From Escherichia coli (GTDB lineage: Bacteria; Pseudomonadota; Gammaproteobacteria; Enterobacterales; Enterobacteriaceae), in the NCBI RefSeq assembly GCF_022846255.1, contig NZ_AP025682.1: a stretch of 64,000 nucleotides of DNA. One strand, written 5' to 3'. The position numbers and the translations under genes are program-made. Shown here one piece after another: positions 37,138 through 44,091 of the stretch; the first letter of the stretch is position 1, and every line of letters starts with the position of its first letter. The notes beneath the pieces are model-generated. The model was not told where the DNA came from. It worked only from the letters and a program-made list of their open reading frames with translations, and did not search any database.

Positions 37138-38289
37138 TTATCTTAAGTTTGCCTTGAAAAATTGCTCAAATTTGGCAAATGGGATCTTACCCGCAACGTT
37201 GTCGTACAGATCAACATGGTTTGCCCCGGGGACAATCACTAACTCTTTCTCTTTGCTGCCGATTGCCTTAAAGGCATCTTCAGCAAAATAGCGTGAATGG
37301 GCTTTTTCACCGGTCACGATGAGTGTAGGGATAGTAACTTCATTAGCATAACTCAGCAGCGGCATATTCATAAATGACAGCGGCATGGTTGCATTCCAAG
37401 CACTGGTTGAGTTGACCGAACGCGCATGGAAACCACGCGGCATGCGGTAATAATCAAAGAACTCTTTCAATACCGGATTTGGATTCGCTGGCAGAGTTTC
37501 CGGCAAAATACGATCGGAAGCGGTGACGTTGCCCTTCTCATCAACGTAAATATCATGCCCGCCTGGCGCGAAAGCGCCATTTTCAGCATCCTTCCAGCGC
37601 TGCATGTTCAGATACTGCAATACGGCACGACGATCGGCAGTGGTGTAGCGGTCTTTGCCATCGCCCACGCCATGCCCCATTGCACGGCTCATGTCATACA
37701 TCACGCTGCTCGCCACCGCCTTGACACGTGTGTCCATCGCGGCGTCGTTTAAGGCCATGCCACCCCATCCGCAGATGCCGAGCAACCCGATACGGTTGCG
37801 ATCCACCTCTTTTTGCAGGCCTAAGAAATCAACCGCCGCGCTGAAATCCTCGGTGTTGATATCCGGAGATGCGACGTTTCGCGGGTAGCCGCCGCTTTCA
37901 CCCGTGTATGAAGGGTCAAAAGCCAGAGTGACAAACCCCCGTTCAGCCAGCGTCTGCGCATACAGGCCACTGGATTGCTCTTTCACCGCCCCGAAGGGGC
38001 CACTAACAGCAATAGCTGCCAGCTTGCGATCGCCACGATCCTTCGGTATATAGAGATCCCCGACTAAGGTGATCCCGTACCGGTTCGGAAAGGTCACCTT
38101 ACGGTGATCAACTTTCGTGCTCTCAGCAAACGTTTTATCCCATTTCTCGACCTGCGAAACGGGCGCGTTCGGATTGGTTGTATCAGCGTAACTCATATTT
38201 GTGACTCCATTTAATGATACGCATAACAGCATGGCGGGTATCGCAGCTGTCAATTTTTGGGTGAAAGCAGTCATCAAAATTCCCCTCAT
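37138..38289 (-). CDS. Exported alpha/beta-fold hydrolase (dienelactone-hydrolase-like)
   Basis: 383-aa ORF with an N-terminal signal-like segment (AIPAMLLCVSLNGVTNMSYA). It has a candidate nucleophile elbow IGLLGICGWGG and a C-terminal VPGANHVDLY His motif. Confidence 0.7.
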   Translation of the reverse strand: MRGILMTAFTQKLTAAIPAMLLCVSLNGVTNMSYADTTNPNAPVSQVEKWDKTFAESTKVDHRKVTFPNRYGITLVGDLYIPKDRGDRKLAAIAVSGPFGAVKEQSSGLYAQTLAERGFVTLAFDPSYTGESGGYPRNVASPDINTEDFSAAVDFLGLQKEVDRNRIGLLGICGWGGMALNDAAMDTRVKAVASSVMYDMSRAMGHGVGDGKDRYTTADRRAVLQYLNMQRWKDAENGAFAPGGHDIYVDEKGNVTASDRILPETLPANPNPVLKEFFDYYRMPRGFHARSVNSTSAWNATMPLSFMNMPLLSYANEVTIPTLIVTGEKAHSRYFAEDAFKAIGSKEKELVIVPGANHVDLYDNVAGKIPFAKFEQFFKANLR

Positions 38290-38357
38290 AAAATGTGCCA
38301 GATACTGGTTTCAGACGGATAACACTGCTGTGCTTTGTTGCAACGTGCACATTATAG

Positions 38358-38376
38358 TTAGCATTAATAGTGCTAA
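38358..38376. promoter_or_regulatory. Candidate LysR-type operator in the divergent promoter
   Basis: Perfect dyad TTAGCA-N7-TGCTAA (T-N11-A type) between the hydrolase gene and the LysR gene. Confidence 0.55.
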
Positions 38377-38444
38377 TTAGAGGGTAAAAAATGCTAAGAT
38401 TAATAACATATTGTTCTTAATCGTGATGCAGCAGCAGAGGAAGG

Positions 38445-39332
38445 ATGATGGCGAAACGGGAAAACTATAACGATCTCTATCTGTTTATGAAGGTCGTGCG
38501 AGAAGGGAGTTTTACCGCCGCCGCGCAGAGGCTTGGCCTGGCGCAGTCAGGAATTAGCCGTGCAGTGCGCGAGCTGGAAGAGCGACTGGGCGTGCAGCTT
38601 CTAGTACGCACCACGCGCAAGTTATCGCTCACCCATGCCGGCGAGTTATTCTATCGAAACGTCGAATCTGGATTTGACGCCTTAGATATGGGGCTTGCCA
38701 CGCTGGCCCATTATCGCCATACACCATCGGGTACGGTCCGAATTAATGCGAGCCAGCATGCCATTGATAAAGTGCTTCTGCCGAAGCTGGCGGTGTTTAA
38801 ACAACGATACCCGGATATTCGGCTGGAGCTCATCAGCGAAAGCCGGTTTGTCGATATTATTACTGAGCGCTTCGATGCCGGTATACGTCTGGGCTCGGAA
38901 GTGGATAGCGGTATGGTTGCGGTGCGCATTTCGCCCGATATGGAGATGGCCGTTGTCGGCACACCCGAGCACTTTCGTCGCTACGGATTTCCGCAAACCC
39001 CCACCGATTTAGTGGGTCATCCCTGCATCGCTTACCAGTTCGGCGACGGCAGCCTGTATGCCTGGGAACTCAATCAGGACGGTAAAAAGATCACCCATCA
39101 GCCTCAGGGACAATGGGCCTTTGCTGACAGTTATATGGAAGCCAAAGCCGCGAGGCTAGGTCTGGGACTGGCTTATGTTCCGGAGGAATTGGTGTCTGAT
39201 GATATAGAACAGGGGGCGCTGATCAGAGTTTTGCAATGCTACAGCCAACGCCTGGCAGGTTCATATATCTATTATCCGCACAGAAATGTGTCACCCGCTC
39301 TACGAGCGGTTATCGATACATTGAGAATTTAA
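38445..39332 (+). CDS. LysR-family transcriptional regulator
   Basis: 295-aa ORF with an N-terminal wHTH (FMKVVREGSFTAAAQRLGLAQSGISRAVRELEERLGVQLLVRTTR) and a LysR substrate-binding domain. It is divergent from the hydrolase-MFS pair. Confidence 0.9.
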   Translation: MMAKRENYNDLYLFMKVVREGSFTAAAQRLGLAQSGISRAVRELEERLGVQLLVRTTRKLSLTHAGELFYRNVESGFDALDMGLATLAHYRHTPSGTVRINASQHAIDKVLLPKLAVFKQRYPDIRLELISESRFVDIITERFDAGIRLGSEVDSGMVAVRISPDMEMAVVGTPEHFRRYGFPQTPTDLVGHPCIAYQFGDGSLYAWELNQDGKKITHQPQGQWAFADSYMEAKAARLGLGLAYVPEELVSDDIEQGALIRVLQCYSQRLAGSYIYYPHRNVSPALRAVIDTLRI

Positions 39333-40217
39333 GGGATGAAGATGAGATGATTCGCAGGCCTGGGTAATAGTTGGAAAACAACGTCCGTTCCTGGCACAGA
39401 GCAGACCATCGGACTAAACTGAAGGTCCTCTCTGTGCGAGAAACGGAAGTTAGCAATTGTGATACAGACGTGGGGCATTACTCGCTTTACAGTGTGTTAA
39501 TCAATTGGAAACAGGTCAGAATTTATTGGGTGGAATGACACCTTTAAACTTCTTGCGCATCGCAAGGAATATCTCCACCAGACGGTAAGACAGTAGATTG
39601 CGCCACAAGTCCTCAGAATGCCCTTTGCTGGGTTAACCACACGTCGTAATCATCCTTCCAGTGCAGCGGATCAAGATCCGTAATGCTCATAGTCACGCGA
39701 TTTCAAATACAAGCCCAGTGGTGTTATCCGTGAGCTGGACAGTGCTTCCGGCAACATGACTGAGACAGACAAAAAATCAGTTAGTACAGCATTGACTCAG
39801 GTTGAGCAGGAGTTAAAACAAACTGGGCTGGAGCAGTAGAAGCCTGCAGTGAATTCCCTGAATCAGGCGATTAAGTTGGCTTAAGAGTCCGTGTATGCCA
39901 TGTGCCGCGAGATGTCGTGCTATACGTGAAAGTCAGCGATATATATCGTTTTGAAGATGATTTAGGTTACGGGAGTGTCTCTGGGTGATGTATTACTTCA
40001 TCGACATCGGCTACGCACGGGTTGCCGCGATGCAGCGGATGGAAGCTGTCTGGGAAAAGAAAGCTCCGCTTGCTAATATTAGTACATCCGATGAAAAATC
40101 GTGTGTGAAAGTTGCAGATTCGTAATATACTAATGAAGAATGGAGATGTATTTTATATAATAAAAACATCTAAGTAGAGCTTTTTATTTTAAATCCTTCA
40201 TTATTACTGGAGATTTT
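39333..40217. other. ORF-poor 0.9-kb segment with short broken reading frames
   Basis: No ORF of 60 aa or more on any frame. Only fragments of ~26-50 codons are present, for example ATG 39756 to TAG (MTETDKKSVSTALTQVEQELKQTGLEQ*), ~39985-40126 (+, ~46 aa) and ATG 39690 (-, 26 aa). Confidence 0.5.
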
Positions 40218-41996
40218 ATGGGTTTTTATAATGACGCACTGAGTAAAATATATAGTGAAGATGATGATTTCCTAATTATAGGATTAACAGGGAGGACGGG
40301 GTCAGGCTGTTCAACAGTTTCTAATATACTGTCATCAGAATCAAGTGAGATAAAGCATTCTCTATTTAACGGTGATTACCCTAAGTCGAATGAAGAAAGA
40401 AAAGAGCGGGTTCTATTTAAATATTTTTCCGTGTCATGGGTTCCATTTATAAAGATACAAGCAAGTTCCATACTGACATTGTGTTTATCAAAGGACTTTG
40501 ATGGTAAGCTGAATAAATTTATTCGGGAAGTGACGGAGTTAGGTAATGACCAAAGAATCCTAGAGTCAACAGTTAATGATCTTGAATCTATACTAAAAGA
40601 AATTAAAGCTAAAGATGAAAGCTCTGATCATGATATAGATGATAAGATAAAATTCATAAATGAATATCTAATAAAAGCGAATACACAAATTAAATCCATA
40701 TTTAAGAACAAGGCTGACTATATAAAACTATATCAAGCTATAGGTAATAATTATAGATCTAGTGGGATGTACCATGACAGTTCATTTAGTGATGATTTCC
40801 ATGGTTTTTTTCTTCCTAAAAAAATAAATGATATAATTCAAAGATTAAGAACCTTAGCAAAAGAAAAGAACACAAAAACTGGAGAAAAGAAACCTATTTA
40901 TATAGTTATTGATGCTATAAGAAATCCGTTCGAAGCAACATACTTCCAAGATAGATACTCATCATTTTATTTAATGGCTGTTTCTACAGAAGAGCATTAC
41001 AGGCATCAAAGGCTTAGAGAACAAGGTTTAACTGATGCTGAGATAAAAGATATTGATGCAAAAGAATACCGTAAATCATCTTTGGATGAGAAGTCATCAT
41101 ATATATATCAGAATATACAGTCTTGTTTAGAAATATCAGACATCTATGTTGAGAATCCGGAAGAGGAAAATGTTGTTTGTCGGTACTCAGGATTGGCTAA
41201 TCAATTAATTAAATTCACTTCATTAATGAAGCGTCCCGGTATAATAACTCCATCAAATGTTGAACGTTGCATGCAGATAGCATATACAGCTAAGTTGAAC
41301 TCTGGTTGTATATCCAGGCAGGTAGGCGCTGCAGTATCTGATAGTTCATTTTCAATTAAGTCTATTGGTTGGAATGATGTACCAAGTGGTCAAGTTCCTT
41401 GCTCTTTAAGGGATAGGTTTGATTTGTCTGAGGGGATTGATGATATTGCTTACTCTGAATTCGAAAAGAACGAAAATAGTTTCATTCGAAAAATAGATAG
41501 CACTAAGATTATTTTTTTAGATGTTAAAAATAAAGGAATGAGAGCTCCATTTTGTTTTAAAACAGAATGGAATAATATCCTTGATGATAAATACAAAGAA
41601 GATCTACGGGTCGAGCATAAGTTAAATGATGATGAGTTTGCTATTATTGACAAAATAAAGTCTAACGCTAATCAAGTTTTTACAAGATCACTTCATGCTG
41701 AAGAGAATGCTTTCTTACAAATATCTAAGTATGGTGGCGTTGGTATACAGAATGGTTTTTTGTTCACAACAGCAAGCCCTTGTGAATTATGTTCTAAAAA
41801 AGCGTATCAATTAGGGATCAAACAAATATATTACATAGATCCATACCCTGGTATAGCAATGAGGAATATTTTAAACGCAGGGAGCAATAAACCATTGCTT
41901 AAGCTTTTCAATGGTGCAATAGGTAAGGCATTCCATAATTTTTACACGCCAAGAATGGCTTATAAAGATGAGCTTTCAGCAAGATCTAGGGGGTGA
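40218..41996 (+). CDS. P-loop NTPase-like + dCMP/cytidine deaminase fusion protein (AvcD/DcdV-like dCTP-deaminase defence candidate)
   Basis: 592-aa ORF with a GGAG SD 6 nt upstream of the ATG. It has a P-loop GLTGRTGSGCST (aa 22-33), the motif IVIDAIRNPFEATYF, and the zinc deaminase signature H493-A-E495...P521-C522-E-L-C525. That signature is preceded by GCISRQVGAAV...IGWNDVPSG. The gene is strongly AT-rich relative to its neighbours. Confidence 0.85.
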   Translation: MGFYNDALSKIYSEDDDFLIIGLTGRTGSGCSTVSNILSSESSEIKHSLFNGDYPKSNEERKERVLFKYFSVSWVPFIKIQASSILTLCLSKDFDGKLNKFIREVTELGNDQRILESTVNDLESILKEIKAKDESSDHDIDDKIKFINEYLIKANTQIKSIFKNKADYIKLYQAIGNNYRSSGMYHDSSFSDDFHGFFLPKKINDIIQRLRTLAKEKNTKTGEKKPIYIVIDAIRNPFEATYFQDRYSSFYLMAVSTEEHYRHQRLREQGLTDAEIKDIDAKEYRKSSLDEKSSYIYQNIQSCLEISDIYVENPEEENVVCRYSGLANQLIKFTSLMKRPGIITPSNVERCMQIAYTAKLNSGCISRQVGAAVSDSSFSIKSIGWNDVPSGQVPCSLRDRFDLSEGIDDIAYSEFEKNENSFIRKIDSTKIIFLDVKNKGMRAPFCFKTEWNNILDDKYKEDLRVEHKLNDDEFAIIDKIKSNANQVFTRSLHAEENAFLQISKYGGVGIQNGFLFTTASPCELCSKKAYQLGIKQIYYIDPYPGIAMRNILNAGSNKPLLKLFNGAIGKAFHNFYTPRMAYKDELSARSRG

Positions 41997-42226
41997 AAAT
42001 ATTGATACAGGTAAAGGCAACGAACCAGAAATGCTCGAGACTATTCTGGCTAAGTCTGCCGGGCGATAAGCACGAGTGCATATGCTGTTCCAAAAGTCTT
42101 CTATTCAATAAATTACGAAGTGCTAACTAACTGACCATGTACAATAAGAACAAATCGCCTTGAATTGCTCTTGATTGAATGGTGAAGAATTATGAGGGTG
42201 ATAGTCCTTACCACCCTCAATTAAAA

Positions 42227-42453
42227 TTAAAGGTATTTACGTGAGAAATTTTTCTTAACCACACTACTAATAAAACTATTTAGTCCATGCCCATCCTGGG
42301 CTAGCGCTTTCATCTTAGAGACCGTTGAAGCACCCAGTTTTGTAGAATCGTAACGTATTTCCATCCATCTTTAAACTGTACTGTGATAACATCGGGAGTA
42401 ATCTCATAAAACACTATTCCCGAATTACCGCCTTAATTAGCATAAGTTGGCAT
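42227..42453 (-). pseudogene. Decayed KTSC-domain-like gene (in-frame stop plus frameshift)
   Basis: The minus strand reads MPTYAN*GGNSGIVFYEITPDVITVQFKDGWKYV. After a 1-nt frame change it continues YDSTKLGASTVSKMKALAQDGHGLNSFISSVVKKNFSRKYL*. The 227-nt length is not a multiple of 3. The pattern resembles KTSC domains. Confidence 0.4.
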
Positions 42454-42797
42454 TTTTAATTCTTATTAAATTATTGCAGCAAGTCGCTGCACTCTAGTCA
42501 TATGACCCCATGCTAAACCTAATTGTTGAGCTAAGTCATAATTTCGATTATTTGATGAACGTAAGTTATTTGACAGGCAGAATTAACCATACACAGTAAT
42601 ATCCGTTTCTGGCACATAGCAGTCCTATAGATAGTGGCATACAGTCATAGATGGTCGATTGGAGGAGGTGCAAATTCTCCCATACAAAAAATACGTAAAA
42701 TCAATAACAGCTGGAAATTATTTAATAATCAAATTATCGGAAGTTCACCAGCCAGCCGCAGTATTCTGCCACGACAAGTTGCTGCGGCTTTTTATGT

Positions 42798-43085
42798 TTA
42801 ACGGATAAACAGCCAGACCAGCAGACACGCCACCGCGGGCACCGCAAAATCCATCAGACTTGCCACATCCCATGCACGAGGATCAAAACCGCCCCACCAC
42901 GGCATGTTAATCCGCTTGCCATGCCCGAACATTTCAATCCAGCGATATTCTGCCTGGGTGTGTTCACGCGCAATGAAGAACGTACAACCGGCTATCGCCC
43001 CGTAAGCCCAGTTTCCGGTAAAAAGACCAATCAGTAGCTGCGCAGCCACAGCACAAAGTGCATGAAGGAAAGGTGTTATATCCAT
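42798..43085 (-). CDS. Small membrane protein (95 aa), unknown function; moron candidate
   Basis: The preferred start is MDITPFLHAL, because AAGGAGG lies 5 nt upstream. It has two or three hydrophobic segments and is the last gene of the minus-strand tail-fibre transcription unit. Confidence 0.65.
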   Translation of the reverse strand: MDITPFLHALCAVAAQLLIGLFTGNWAYGAIAGCTFFIAREHTQAEYRWIEMFGHGKRINMPWWGGFDPRAWDVASLMDFAVPAVACLLVWLFIR

Positions 43086-43098
43086 TACTCCTCCTTTA

Positions 43099-43800
43099 TC
43101 AGATATCACTTCGGGAAGTTGATAACAACTTTAATTCTGACTCAAGTTCATCAACTCTTTCAGTCAGTTTCTGGATATGGTGAATCAGTGGAACAACCAG
43201 ACGTTCGTACATTACACCTTCGACAACAAGGCCATTGCTGGAAATAGCTTCAGGAGCATCATCTTCGTTAGCTGGTCGCCAGTGTACAAACTGAGGAGCA
43301 ATTTCTCCCACTTCCTCGGCAATCAATCCGTAGAATCCCCAGTCACTCCTGTCATTTTCGCATTGCGACCTGTACCACACAGGGCGCATCCTGAAAATGA
43401 GATCGGCGTGCTCTGAATCTATTGTCTCTACTGAATGTTTATAGCGAATAGACGATGTTGACCGCAGTACAGACGAAATTGCAGGGTCAGGATTAAGATA
43501 AAGATTTGCCGCCGCTGTAGTCGTGCCCAATTCCCATAAATAAAACGCTTCACGGCCAGTCAGCGGGTAAAAATCTCCACCATAACGACCGCTTTCCAGA
43601 TCGTTCACTTCCAGTTTGTTTTTCAGCTTATTATCAACTTCAGTTTTTGTGTATCTGGTGCTGATATCCTGCTTTGCACTGGTCATATCAGTCTGAAGCG
43701 TTGATACTTTTCCGTTAATTGAGGAAATATCTTCCTTAGTTTTACTGACATCTCCCTTTAGCGTGGTGATATCTCCTGGAATTACTGTCGATGTAGCCAT
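43099..43800 (-). CDS. Short tail-fibre/tailspike-like protein with a C-terminal S74-type intramolecular chaperone domain
   Basis: 233 aa. The N-terminus has coiled-coil heptads (ITTLKGDVSKTKEDISSINGKVSTLQTDMTSAKQDIS). The C-terminal block STSSIRYKHSVETI...GLIAEEV...LESELKLL is typical of the auto-cleaving chaperone domain. Confidence 0.7.
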   Translation of the reverse strand: MATSTVIPGDITTLKGDVSKTKEDISSINGKVSTLQTDMTSAKQDISTRYTKTEVDNKLKNKLEVNDLESGRYGGDFYPLTGREAFYLWELGTTTAAANLYLNPDPAISSVLRSTSSIRYKHSVETIDSEHADLIFRMRPVWYRSQCENDRSDWGFYGLIAEEVGEIAPQFVHWRPANEDDAPEAISSNGLVVEGVMYERLVVPLIHHIQKLTERVDELESELKLLSTSRSDI

Positions 43801-43809
43801 TTGTCTCCC

Positions 43810-44091
43810 TCACATCCAGCCACGAAGTTGATGCTCAACAACAACCGCATATTTATCGAATATTGACGATTTTTTTGCATCATTAATGATGCGCACGTTT
43901 ACAAAATATCCGTCTTCCTTAACACATACCGGTTCGCCATCTTCAGTCAGTTCTCCGGTTTCTTTGTACACGTTACCTATCACGTCAATAAGAATATTAT
44001 CCTGCATCGACTCGTCATCATAATAGCCAGTGCTCTCCATAAAGGCCGAAAAGTCGGCCCTGTCTGCAAATTTGAGTGTTAAATCTTTCAT
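43810..44091 (-). CDS. Hypothetical 93-aa protein, translationally coupled to the side tail fibre gene
   Basis: TAATG overlap with the upstream gene. It occupies the tfa position but does not resemble lambda Tfa as I recall it. Confidence 0.6.
   Translation of the reverse strand: MKDLTLKFADRADFSAFMESTGYYDDESMQDNILIDVIGNVYKETGELTEDGEPVCVKEDGYFVNVRIINDAKKSSIFDKYAVVVEHQLRGWM

Noticed and set aside
39333-42797. Possible IS element, transposase or integrase flanking the deaminase cassette
   Set aside because: I found no long ORF, no recognisable transposase or integrase motif and no terminal inverted repeats. Only short broken frames are present, so I cannot call a mobile element here.
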